Both the position numbers and the translations under genes were made by a program. From an uncultured Planctomycetales bacterium (GTDB lineage: Bacteria > Omnitrophota > Gorgyraeia > Zapsychrales > Fredricksoniimonadaceae), in assembly GCA_964572155.1 (NCBI GenBank), contig CAZNDZ010000002.1, positions 147,089 through 211,088 on the forward strand: a stretch of DNA of 64,000 nucleotides. Reading direction: 5' to 3'. The notes under the pieces are model-generated. The model saw only the letters and a program-made list of their open reading frames with translations, did no database searches and was not told the DNA's origin. Below, piece after piece: positions 37,701-45,007 of this stretch; the stretch's first letter is position 1; each line of letters begins with the position of its first letter.

Positions 37701-39428
37701 GACTTCGAAATTGCCACCCACATACAAATCACCATTTCCCGACGCATTATTAAAGACACCATTACCAACGCGCACACCATCACCTTGAACTTCAAAGGCC
37801 AACCGTGGTGCCCATGTGCCGATACCAACATTACCCGTGGTGATGGTTAAAGCACCTTGTGGCGTTGTTGAACCAATACCAACATTACCGCCAGTAAATA
37901 ATGCCGCATTTGTCGCATTGCTAAATGTGGCAACACCGCTGACATTGGTTGCACCTGTTAACGTATTGACCGACGATCCACTTTGTGTATACCCACCCAA
38001 TGTTTCAACACCTGTTGTTGATCGAACGGTTCCCGTAACATCTAAAGCGCGGGAAGGATACATGGTACCAACACCAACATTGCCACCCATGACAGCTAAT
38101 TGACCTTGTGGGGTTGTCCATGTTCCAATGCCAACTGGACCCAAAACCGCTAACTTTGTTTGCGCAGTGGTTGTCCCGATACCAAAATTACCAGTGATGC
38201 TTGAATCCCCTGACTGGATAAATGTTCCAGTTACCGTAAAGTTATCTGCCGCTGCATCACCCAACCAAACATTACCGTCGACTTCCATATTCCCAGAAAC
38301 ATACAAATCACCACTGCCTGAAGCGTTATCAAATGTGCCATTACCGACACGCACACCATTTCCTTGAACATCTAAAACCATGCGCGGAGCCCATGTGCCT
38401 AATCCTACATTTCCAGAAGTAACAACCATAGCACCCTGAGGGGTCGTCGTACCAACACCAACATTACCGGCGCTATTGATGGTCACCAAATCGCCATCTC
38501 CTGCAACTGTCGATGACAATTTTAATAATGGATTAGTTGCATTCTTAAGCACTTCGATCGAGGCGCGTGCCGCTGTTGTGCCAACACCTAAATTACCACC
38601 CGCTGTTCCTACAAAAGCACTGTTATGAATCTCAATGGTGTCAAAATCCGTTAAACCTGTTTGAGAGAAATGACCCGTTACTGTTAAATTATCCGTCGTG
38701 GCATCACCTAACCAAACACTGCCATCAACTTCTAAGTTTCTAGCAACATACAAATCACCGTCAGTAGAAATATTATTAGCCGTCCCAGAACCAACGCGCA
38801 CTGGACCACCGCGCACTTCAAACATCCCTTGTGGCGCCCACGTGCCAACACCAACATTGCCATTTAAAACAACCAATTGACCTTGCGGTGTTGTTGTGCC
38901 CACGCCGATATTGCCAGTTAAATTTAATAATAAATCAGATGAGCGTAATGTTAATTGTTGCATCGTGCTGCCCGCATCATTAACAGATTGCAACGCCATG
39001 CCATTGCTTGATAAAAAATCTGTACCAGGACGAACACGTAAATTTTGATCAACACCCGTATTGATATGCAACTTACTTGACGCACCAACGGTACCAATAC
39101 CGATGTTCCCTGCAGCAGTGACCGCTAAATAATCACCAGGTGTTGCAGCTGTTGATGAAACCATAACAGGCGTTACAGTTCCTGATTTGATAATTTCTAA
39201 TGTGCTTTGTGGCGTTGTTGTGTTGATACCAACATTACCATTTGATAGAACACGCATGCGCGCAGCGTTTGTTGAATCTTGCACAACCAAACCGCTAGAG
39301 CCATCAGCTGTATCTAAAACAGCTTGAATGTCGGCGGCAAAAACGTATGACGAAATAAATAAAGCAAATACGAAGAGGAGTGACGTAGAGAGGAAAATTT
39401 TTATATTATATATATGTGGTCGGGGCAT
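31740..39428 (-). CDS. Giant secreted repeat protein (about 2562 aa), a divergent fibre-family member. It has about eight near-identical tandem super-repeats of about 270 aa, each made of three sub-units of about 82 aa (TGGYTQSGSSTNTITGATNVSG[VL]ATFSNATASALFTGGNVGVG..TPQGAFTVT.GNVGIGTWAP). An N-terminal region has the motif GDLYV.GN.EVDG.VWLGDA..DN.TVTG repeated three times.
   Basis: The ORF track gives a TTG start at 39431 and the adjacent ATG is at 39428. The signal peptide reads IKIFLSTSLLFVFALFISSYVFA. Antisense shadow ORFs at 33307, 34111 and inside 35782..36921 are nearly identical (MYPPVVVIA.ALTVP.TSNACAGAHVPIPTLPLVTVKAPCGVVVPTPTLPPVNNADVVALLNVATPLTLVVPVIVLVDDPLCVYPPVVV), which means the tandem copies are near-identical at the nucleotide level. 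Confidence 0.8.
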   Translation of the reverse strand: MPRPHIYNIKIFLSTSLLFVFALFISSYVFAADIQAVLDTADGSSGLVVQDSTNAARMRVLSNGNVGINTTTPQSTLEIIKSGTVTPVMVSSTAATPGDYLAVTAAGNIGIGTVGASSKLHINTGVDQNLRVRPGTDFLSSNGMALQSVNDAGSTMQQLTLRSSDLLLNLTGNIGVGTTTPQGQLVVLNGNVGVGTWAPQGMFEVRGGPVRVGSGTANNISTDGDLYVARNLEVDGSVWLGDATTDNLTVTGHFSQTGLTDFDTIEIHNSAFVGTAGGNLGVGTTAARASIEVLKNATNPLLKLSSTVAGDGDLVTINSAGNVGVGTTTPQGAMVVTSGNVGLGTWAPRMVLDVQGNGVRVGNGTFDNASGSGDLYVSGNMEVDGNVWLGDAAADNFTVTGTFIQSGDSSITGNFGIGTTTAQTKLAVLGPVGIGTWTTPQGQLAVMGGNVGVGTMYPSRALDVTGTVRSTTGVETLGGYTQSGSSVNTLTGATNVSGVATFSNATNAALFTGGNVGIGSTTPQGALTITTGNVGIGTWAPRLAFEVQGDGVRVGNGVFNNASGNGDLYVGGNFEVDGSVWLGDAALDNLTVNGTLTQNGDFNVSGNFGVGTTTPQTKLAILGPVGIGTWTTPQGGMAVMNGNVGVGVMNPSQALDVVGTVRSTTGFNTLGGYTQSGVSPNVFTGVTSYGDNVGVGTSTPQGAFTVTSGNVGIGTWAPSQALDVIGTVKSNAFTTTGGYTQSGASTNTITGATNVSGVATFSNATNSALFTGGNVGVGSVTPQGAFTVTNGNVGVGTWAPQSALQVVGTVNATSFVGNGAGITGVTAFPAGGANAIQYGNASTTLGDETKLSFNGTNVGINTTNGVAALDVHSGSLVVLAGNVGVGTSTPQSALAVTNGNVGIGTWDATQALDVLGTVKSNAFTTTGGYTQSGSSTNTITGTTNVSGVATFSNATASALFTGGNVGVGTTTPQGAFTVTSGNVGIGTWAPAQALDVLGTVKANAITTTGGYTQSGSSTNTITGATNVSGLATFSNATASALFTGGNVGVGSVTPGTKVDVQGTVRATAFVGDGALITGVMAFPAGGLNAVQYGDGLSTLGDETKLSFNGNNLGIGTTDARGRLVVVGGNVGVGTTTPQSALAVTNGNVGIGTWDATQALDVLGTVKANAITTTGGYTQSGSSTNTITGTTNVSGVATFSNATTSALFTGGNVGVGTTTPQGAFTVTSGNVGIGTWAPAQALDVNGTVRATTLTATSAITTTGGYTQSGSSANTFTGVSSYSNNVGIGTTTPQGRLAVLSGNVGIGTWSPQQALEVRGTVSATAFVGDGALITGVTAFPAGGQNAIQYGDGLTTLGDEAKFSFNGTNVGINTTNAVAALDVHSGNMVVLTGNIGVGTSTPQSALAVTNGNVGIGTWAAAQALDVNGTVKSNALSTAGGTFAVNGSGAITAVASITTTGGYTQSGASANTFSGLSSFNSNVGLGTDTPQGALAITNGNVGIGTWAPAQALDVLGTVKANAITTTGGYTQSGSSTNTITGATNVSGLATFSNATASALFTGGNVGVGSVTPGTKVDVQGTVRATSFIGDGALITGVMAFPAGGLNAVQYGDGLSTLGDETKLSFNGNNLGIGTTDAGGKLVVVGGNVGIGTTTPQSALAVTNGNVGIGTWDATQALDVLGTVKSNAFTTTGGYTQSGSSTNTITGTTNVSGVATFSNATTSALFTGGNVGVGTTTPQGAFTVTSGNVGIGTWAPAQALDVLGTVKANAITTTGGYTQSGSSTNTITGATNVSGLATFSNATASALFTGGNVGVGSVTPGTKVDVQGTVRATAFVGDGALITGVMAFPAGGLNAVQYGDGLSTLGDETKLSFNGNNLGIGTTDALGRLVVLGGNVGVGTATPQSALVVTNGNVGIGTWAATQALDVLGTVKANAITTTGGYTQSGSSTNTITGTTNVSGVATFSNATTSALFTGGNVGVGTTTPQGAFTVTSGNVGIGTWAPEQALDVNGAVKSSTLTIAGGTFAVNSSGAITATSAITTTGGYTQSGSAVNTLTGNVGLGTTTAQASFVVNNGNVGIGTWTADGGNLIVKGGGNVGVGTAWPGAAVDVVGAVRATSFFGNGAGISGVTAVPAGGLNAVQYTNGTLTLGDESKFSFDGNNVGIGTTEGTAKLDVVGTVKSTAFTTSGAYTQSGVSDNTFTGNVGLGTSTPQASLVVTNGNVGIGTWAPAQALDVFGTVKANAISTTGGYTQTGSSTNTLSGPTNVTGLPTFSNATASALFTGGNVGVGSVTPGTKVDVQGTVRATAFVGDGALITGVMAFPAGGLNAVQYGDGLSTLGDETKLSFNGNNLGIGTTDATQKLDVIGTVKATAVSTGAITATGAYTQSGTSVNTFTGNIGVGTTTAQGSLVVTNGNVGIGTWAPAQALDVMGTVSMTGLQLTTSPSAGYVLVTGSTGIGTWMPASTLPIVTSPAGSNKAVQYNNSGSFAGNENSFAFDGTNVGIGTSTPQGAFAVTSGNVGIGTWSSDGGNLIVNGGGNVGIGSAWPGKNFDVLGDARISGNVEINLQ
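32300..37400 (-). repeat. Intragenic tandem array: about 6-8 near-identical units of about 810 bp, with an internal sub-period of about 250 bp.
   Basis: The protein motif GTVRAT[AS]F[VI]GDGALITGVMAFPAGGLNAVQYGDGLSTLGDETKLSFNGNNLGIGTTDA recurs about every 270 aa, and the plus-strand shadow ORFs are identical. Confidence 0.55.
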
Positions 39429-39454
39429 CAATTAAGATGAAAGTTATTTATATA

Positions 39455-39478
39455 TATGAATTTATGAACAAATTCATA
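39455..39478. promoter_or_regulatory. Inverted repeat TATGAATTT-n6-AAATTCATA upstream of the 2563 aa gene start and downstream of mrdA. Candidate operator or terminator hairpin.
   Basis: Read directly from the sequence. It has 9-bp arms and lies 24-47 nt upstream of the ATG at 39428. Confidence 0.3.
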
Positions 39479-39521
39479 TTAACAAATGTAATGTTGTTCT
39501 CAACTGATATTTGAATTATTT

Positions 39522-41234
39522 TTAGATAAGATTGAGGTCTTGCAAGTACTGCAGGAAGGTGTTGGAAATGGCCACGGCATTGGCTGAAGAACCACCATGT
39601 TCCAAGAAAACACAGAAGGCTAAATTATTTTTTTCAGACCTCAAAAACCCCGCAAACCAGGCATGGTGCGGTTGATTGCGAGCCGCTTGAGCCGTTCCTG
39701 TCTTCGCCCAAATATCCACATTTCTAATCCCAGACAATAAATGCCCCGTACCTTCTGCATCTTCAACAACCATGCGCATCCCTTTTTTGATTTCAGCCCA
39801 TGTGTTATCACGCAACCGGATCTTAGGACGTTTAGATAAATCTAATGGCGGCAATGTGCCAGATGCCAATGCCTTGATCACATGCGGTTTTAAGATAATG
39901 CCATTGTTTGCAACAGTCGCCATCATCATCGTTACTTGTAGTGGCGTTGCCAATGTATCGCCTTGACCTATGGATAAATTAAGTGTATTGCCAGTATACC
40001 AACCTTCTTTCTTTTGATTAGGCATTACAATTTTTCCGCGTGTTTCAAAAGGCAAGTCAATGCCCGTCAAACGACTAAAACCAAATGCCTTGGCATATTC
40101 ACCAATCACCGACGGACTAATCAATTGACCAATGCGATAGAAATACACGTTGCAAGAATGCGCAATGGCTTGATACAAATTTTCTTTACCATGAACATGG
40201 GCACAACCAAACTTCGCTTGACCCAACATATAAAACCCCGGACACTCATATGTTGTATTAACTGAAATTTTATTACGTTCAATGGCAGCTAAAGCGACAG
40301 GGATTTTAAAAACAGAACCAGGTGGAAATTGACCTGATACAGCACGATTGAGCATAGGCGCACTACTATTTTTTATATATCCTTCAATGCGATCTTTTAA
40401 ATCTCGTGATACAAAAACATTAGGATCATAATCAGGCGCGTTAACCAACGATAATATTTCACCGTTATTTAAATCCATCAAGACAATGCTACCACGATTC
40501 CCCTTTAACAATTCTGATGCCCGCGATTGTAAACGTTGATCGATGGTTAATTGAATATCTTGACCTTTAATCGATTCTTTCGTCGATAACAAGCGCACTT
40601 GTTGGCCACGGCTGTTGACTTCAATTTGCTTCCCCCCCGCAATACCTTGCAAATAACTTTCATATGTCCGCTCTACCCCCGACTTTCCCACCTTCGTCAA
40701 CGACGTATAACCATAATCAGAAAACACCGTCGCTTCAATCGGGTCAATCTTGCCAACATAACCTAAAACATGCGCGCCTATTTCATGAAAAGGATAAAAA
40801 CGTTCATAATGGGGACTAACTTCTAAACCAGGGTAAGAAAAAATATTCTCTTCAATATAAATCAACGTCTTTCGATCAATGTCTTCAGCGATCACAACCG
40901 GCTCAAAAGGTGTAACCTTTTTTCTTAAATACATTTTCTTTAAAGCCGCCGGGTCTTTCTTTAACGTCTCCCCCAAAAAATTAAATAAAGCTGTCACATC
41001 GTCGATATCCTGAGGAATAACCGTCACATTAAATGATAAATGATTATCCGCGATCACCACCCCATTTCGATCATAAATAATTCCTCGTGGCGCGTTGCTT
41101 GGGACAATACGAATCCTATTGCTCACACTTTGATCGTGATAAAAATCTCCACGGATAATTTGCATATAGGCCAATGCTAAAATGATCAGCCCCAACAAAA
41201 ACAAAAATGTATTTTGGATAACATTTAAACGCAT
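39522..41234 (-). CDS. mrdA: Penicillin-binding protein 2 (peptidoglycan D,D-transpeptidase MrdA).
   Basis: N-terminal TM helix, then SxxK (GSVFK), SxN (HSCNVYF) and KTG (AKTGTA) motifs, in a PBP2-like domain order. Confidence 0.8.
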   Translation of the reverse strand: MRLNVIQNTFLFLLGLIILALAYMQIIRGDFYHDQSVSNRIRIVPSNAPRGIIYDRNGVVIADNHLSFNVTVIPQDIDDVTALFNFLGETLKKDPAALKKMYLRKKVTPFEPVVIAEDIDRKTLIYIEENIFSYPGLEVSPHYERFYPFHEIGAHVLGYVGKIDPIEATVFSDYGYTSLTKVGKSGVERTYESYLQGIAGGKQIEVNSRGQQVRLLSTKESIKGQDIQLTIDQRLQSRASELLKGNRGSIVLMDLNNGEILSLVNAPDYDPNVFVSRDLKDRIEGYIKNSSAPMLNRAVSGQFPPGSVFKIPVALAAIERNKISVNTTYECPGFYMLGQAKFGCAHVHGKENLYQAIAHSCNVYFYRIGQLISPSVIGEYAKAFGFSRLTGIDLPFETRGKIVMPNQKKEGWYTGNTLNLSIGQGDTLATPLQVTMMMATVANNGIILKPHVIKALASGTLPPLDLSKRPKIRLRDNTWAEIKKGMRMVVEDAEGTGHLLSGIRNVDIWAKTGTAQAARNQPHHAWFAGFLRSEKNNLAFCVFLEHGGSSANAVAISNTFLQYLQDLNLI

Positions 41235-41241
41235 AAATTTT

Positions 41242-41727
41242 TCACAATTTTAAACGCTGGGTCAACGCTTTAAGTTGAGCGAAAACAAAGGTCGCAATGG
41301 CCATGGTCAAAACAAGGGGTGGAATCAATATATACATCATTGCTTCATCCAAACGCACCTGCATGAAACGCAGATGTAACAATAATTCCATCACAAAGAT
41401 AGCAATCAAAACAAAAAATGTAACAACAACACGAGAAAATCTTGAGCCCGGTTGATAGAGATTCCGTCGGATAAAGGTTGTTAGATAGGCAGCACTTATA
41501 AAAACTAAAACATACGTACACGACGGCTCAATATCAAATGCACCTTTCAGCATCCCCGCAATAAATGCCGCCCATAAACTATGCCTAATCCCCCAATATA
41601 AATTACAAAAAATAATTACCAAAACCAAGAACTCTGGTTTACCCCAAGACCCAAAAGCATTGAAGGAAACAAATTCCAGAAGAAAAGCAATGTAAACAAA
41701 TATGGTTATAATGAAATATCGTTTCAT
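41242..41727 (-). CDS. Small polytopic membrane protein, MreD-like (rod-shape determining), directly upstream of mrdA.
   Basis: 161 aa, about 5 hydrophobic helices, sitting in the position usual for mreD relative to mrdA. No mreC is present, so the assignment is tentative. Confidence 0.4.
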   Translation of the reverse strand: MKRYFIITIFVYIAFLLEFVSFNAFGSWGKPEFLVLVIIFCNLYWGIRHSLWAAFIAGMLKGAFDIEPSCTYVLVFISAAYLTTFIRRNLYQPGSRFSRVVVTFFVLIAIFVMELLLHLRFMQVRLDEAMMYILIPPLVLTMAIATFVFAQLKALTQRLKL

Positions 41728-42116
41728 AGGAACGCCAACATGCGCGCTTCCATCTTTCGCATGTGTGCAATATCTGCAGTAGTCTTATCTTTATATCCCG
41801 CTAAATGGAGCAAACCGTGCACAACATACAACAGGATTTCATCAGACAAACCTTGTCCATACTGTTTCGCAAACGATTGAGCCATCGCAGGACAAATCAC
41901 AATATCCCCTTGATCAAAGGTGATCACATCGGTCACATAATCATGATTAAGATATTTCTTATTGATGGTGCGCATGCGTGTTGCACCAACAAAGACTATA
42001 TTAATGGCAGGATGTTTTAATTTTAATGACCTATGACATTTCTTAACCAACGTCACGATGCGTGATTTCGGGATAGAAAACTTGCGTTGAAAATTAATAA
42101 CGTCTATGTCCGGCAT
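41724..42116 (-). CDS. ybeY: YbeY rRNA maturation endoribonuclease.
   Basis: HGLLHLAGYKDK matches the YbeY H..LHL.GYDH region (the third His position reads K here). It sits in the conserved phoH-HD-ybeY neighbourhood. Confidence 0.7.
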   Translation of the reverse strand: MPDIDVINFQRKFSIPKSRIVTLVKKCHRSLKLKHPAINIVFVGATRMRTINKKYLNHDYVTDVITFDQGDIVICPAMAQSFAKQYGQGLSDEILLYVVHGLLHLAGYKDKTTADIAHMRKMEARMLAFL

Positions 42117-43453
42117 TATTTTTTTGTTTGAGGATAGGCAACACGGTTATGGTACATGGCGCTTAATAGGCGTGTGAAGGTGATCGCAATCGTATTGATC
42201 TCGCGCAATGTCAAATTACATTCATCTAATTGCCCGTCGATGAACTTGTTATTAATAACCTTACGCACCATGTCTTCAACCTGATGCGGCGCATGATCGG
42301 AAAGAGAACGCGTGGCCCCTTCTGCAGAATCGGCTAACATCACAATGGCCGTCTCTTTATTTTGGGGCTTAGGCCCTGGATAACGATATTCATTTTCATC
42401 CAATTCTTGCCCGCCGCTTTCTGCGATGGCTTTCTGATAAAAGAAATGCATGAGACTTGTGCCATGATGCTGCGGAATAAACTCAACAATCTTAGGGCTC
42501 AGACGGAATTCTTGCGCTAATTCCAAACCTTCTTTAACATGATTTAAGATCACCAAACGCGACATCGAGGGTTCAAGATGGTCGTGCTTATTGCCTGTCT
42601 GAATCTGATTCTCCGTAAAATATTGGGGCTTAGATATTTTTCCAATGTCATGAAAATATGCCCCCACACGAACCAACAACGCATTTGCTCCTATTGCATC
42701 AGCCGCTGCTTCAGCCAAATTGCTAACAATCATGCTGTGATGATATGTTCCTGGCGCTTCTGTTAACATGCGCTTTAATAACGGGTGCGAAGAATCTGAG
42801 AGTTCAAGCAATGTAAAATTAGAAACTTCTCCATAAAGCGACTCAAACATTTTTAGCGTCGACATCACAATGATGCCCGATAATATGCCATTGATGGCAA
42901 ACGGCTTTAATACCGTCAAGGCAACTGTCAAATCCATACTAGGATTAATCAGAATAAACAGCGCGGCTTGAATGATCGCGACCCATAGCCCTGCACGTAA
43001 CACGACGCTGCGGGTGCGCGCATTTTTTAAAGCAAAAACGCCCGCCATTGAACCCATAAAAAATATCAACATTTCTGTCAAACTAAAATCCATCATCAAA
43101 CCACTAATGGCACACGACATAAATGCCATCAAGAACGCTAACTGTATTTCTCCAAATAATAAAATGGTCAACATTGGAATACAGGCAACCGCTAAATAAA
43201 AATGCGATAACATGGGATATGCTTTTAAAACATGCACACCAAACATCAGCAAAACCAACAGAAAGATTAGATGCAGAAATAAACGCACATTGGCTTTTTT
43301 AGATAGAAAAAGATAAACACCGAAGAGAAAAACTAGGAAAGGAATGATCAAGGAAATGCCTGTAAAATAACAGAACACAACCAAGGCGCCTAAGGTCACG
43401 CCCATCATGACAAATTGATCAAGAGAAATCGGCAAAATCGCTTTTAAGTTCAT
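42116..43453 (-). CDS. Membrane-anchored HD/HDIG phosphohydrolase (7TM-HD family, PgpH-like).
   Basis: Multiple N-terminal TM helices, then FHDIGKISKPQYF (HDIG motif). It lies between phoH and ybeY. Confidence 0.7.
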   Translation of the reverse strand: MNLKAILPISLDQFVMMGVTLGALVVFCYFTGISLIIPFLVFLFGVYLFLSKKANVRLFLHLIFLLVLLMFGVHVLKAYPMLSHFYLAVACIPMLTILLFGEIQLAFLMAFMSCAISGLMMDFSLTEMLIFFMGSMAGVFALKNARTRSVVLRAGLWVAIIQAALFILINPSMDLTVALTVLKPFAINGILSGIIVMSTLKMFESLYGEVSNFTLLELSDSSHPLLKRMLTEAPGTYHHSMIVSNLAEAAADAIGANALLVRVGAYFHDIGKISKPQYFTENQIQTGNKHDHLEPSMSRLVILNHVKEGLELAQEFRLSPKIVEFIPQHHGTSLMHFFYQKAIAESGGQELDENEYRYPGPKPQNKETAIVMLADSAEGATRSLSDHAPHQVEDMVRKVINNKFIDGQLDECNLTLREINTIAITFTRLLSAMYHNRVAYPQTKK

Positions 43454-43469
43454 GGTCGATCAAGTCGCT

Positions 43470-44420
43470 TTACGCGGGCTTATGATTAGAATATGCTTCG
43501 ATGATCTTCTGTACTAAATCATGCCGCACGGTATCTTCACTGGTCAAATAAATGAACTTGATGTCAGGCACATGACCTAACACCCGATGTGCTTCAGCTA
43601 AGCCATTGGTTGTGCTATTGGGCAAATCACTTTGAGTGACGTCGCCAATAACAACAACCTTTGAATCAAAACCCATACGTGTTAAAAACATTTTCATTTG
43701 ATCGGGACGACTATTCTGCGCTTCATCTAAAATAACGAAAGCTTCGTTAAGCGTACGACCACGCATGAATGCAAGCGGTGCGATTTCAATAATACCCTGT
43801 TCGCTAAACTGCTCCACCTTTTCAGGCTCCATCATGTCATAGAGAGCATCATATAATGGGCGCAAATACGGTAAAACTTTTTCCGTCGCATCCCCCGGTA
43901 AAAACCCTAAATTTTCACCTGCTTCAACAGCCGGTCGGGTCAAAATGATACGACGCACCAAACCTTTTTTAAGCGCATTGACCGCCATGGCAATCGCCAA
44001 ATATGTTTTACCAGTACCGGCAGGGCCAATGCAAAAACACATGTCATGATTCTTGATTGCTTCTATATACTCAATTTGACCTTTGGTCTTAGGGGTAACT
44101 AAACCACCTTTAACTGAAACTTCAATCTTTTCCTTGGCCAAACGTTTGAAATCAATTTCTTTGTCTTTATCAACGAGACGCAAGGCATAAACAATATCTG
44201 CCTTCTTAACATCCTTGCCCTTTTCAACAATGGTCATCAAGTAATGAAATAGTTCATTAGCACGATGCACTTGGGGATCACTACCGACGATCTTAATACC
44301 ATCTTCCGCGCGCATGATGCGCACACCCAACTCTTTTTCAATGATCTTAATATTCTCGTCATATCGACCAAATAACGCTTGAATCCCACGGTTATTATCT
44401 AATTGATAACGAAATTCCAT
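43470..44420 (-). CDS. phoH: PhoH-like ATPase (YbeZ).
   Basis: Walker A GPAGTGKTYLAIAMAV and a PhoH-family C-terminal region. Confidence 0.8.
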   Translation of the reverse strand: MEFRYQLDNNRGIQALFGRYDENIKIIEKELGVRIMRAEDGIKIVGSDPQVHRANELFHYLMTIVEKGKDVKKADIVYALRLVDKDKEIDFKRLAKEKIEVSVKGGLVTPKTKGQIEYIEAIKNHDMCFCIGPAGTGKTYLAIAMAVNALKKGLVRRIILTRPAVEAGENLGFLPGDATEKVLPYLRPLYDALYDMMEPEKVEQFSEQGIIEIAPLAFMRGRTLNEAFVILDEAQNSRPDQMKMFLTRMGFDSKVVVIGDVTQSDLPNSTTNGLAEAHRVLGHVPDIKFIYLTSEDTVRHDLVQKIIEAYSNHKPA

Positions 44421-44421
44421 A

Positions 44422-44997
44422 TTACTTTGCCGCTTCCACCGCTGGGATCACAATGACTGTGCCTGGGCGAACAACGTTAGGGTTCTTTAACTTTTCTTTA
44501 TTGGCTTCGTAAATCTTGATCCATTTACCATATGAACCATAGAACTTCTTAGCAATCTTTTGCAATGTATCATCTTTCAAAACAGTATATGTTTGTTCAG
44601 TCGCTGGACCAACTTCTTCTACTTTAGCAGCCGCTGTTTCTGCAACTGGCTCATCTTCAATCTTTGGAATCACAATGCGTTGAGGCTCTTCTTGTTGTTG
44701 TTCAACAGCTGCCGCAGGAGCCTGAGCAACTTCTTGTTGTGGAGCACTCTTAATTTCCTCTTCAACTTTTTTAACTTCCCCTTCTGGGATTGGCTTAGTT
44801 AATTCTAAGACATAAACTTTTCTTGTCTTACGTGCAGGCTCTTGGTATTGACCTTTTCCGCCGACATAACCCGCATTACCTGACTTGTTTTCAATATCAA
44901 CTCGATTGGTTGTCATGACATAAGATTGCGCCTTCATCCCGCCGCAACCAGCTGCCGTAACAACTAAGATTAATAATAAAAATGTATTCTTCAACAT
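44422..44997 (-). CDS. LysM-domain lipoprotein.
   Basis: Lipobox-like LLILVVTAAGCGG, and a C-terminal LysM (YTVLKDDTLQKIAKKFYGSYGKWIKIYEANK...PGTVIVIP). Confidence 0.6.
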   Translation of the reverse strand: MLKNTFLLLILVVTAAGCGGMKAQSYVMTTNRVDIENKSGNAGYVGGKGQYQEPARKTRKVYVLELTKPIPEGEVKKVEEEIKSAPQQEVAQAPAAAVEQQQEEPQRIVIPKIEDEPVAETAAAKVEEVGPATEQTYTVLKDDTLQKIAKKFYGSYGKWIKIYEANKEKLKNPNVVRPGTVIVIPAVEAAK

Positions 44998-45007
44998 AAG
45001 ACCTCCG

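Noticed and set aside
3853-38880. Dozens of plus-strand ORFs of 60-380 aa rich in P/V/T (e.g. ...VPIPTLP...VPTPTLPP...), including the near-identical 33307, 34111 and 35782 ORFs.
   Set aside because: They are antisense read-throughs of the Gly/Thr/Asn-rich repeat genes on the minus strand (GIGT read backwards gives PIP/VP). They are useful only as a repeat-period indicator.
7822-39431. Higher GC of the fibre island relative to the housekeeping half, as evidence of horizontal transfer.
   Set aside because: The shift is explained by the Gly/Thr/Ala/Pro-rich composition (GGN/ACN/GCN/CCN codons) and by the GC-rich repeat module. No integrase, transposase or direct-repeat borders were seen, so I do not call it a mobile element.
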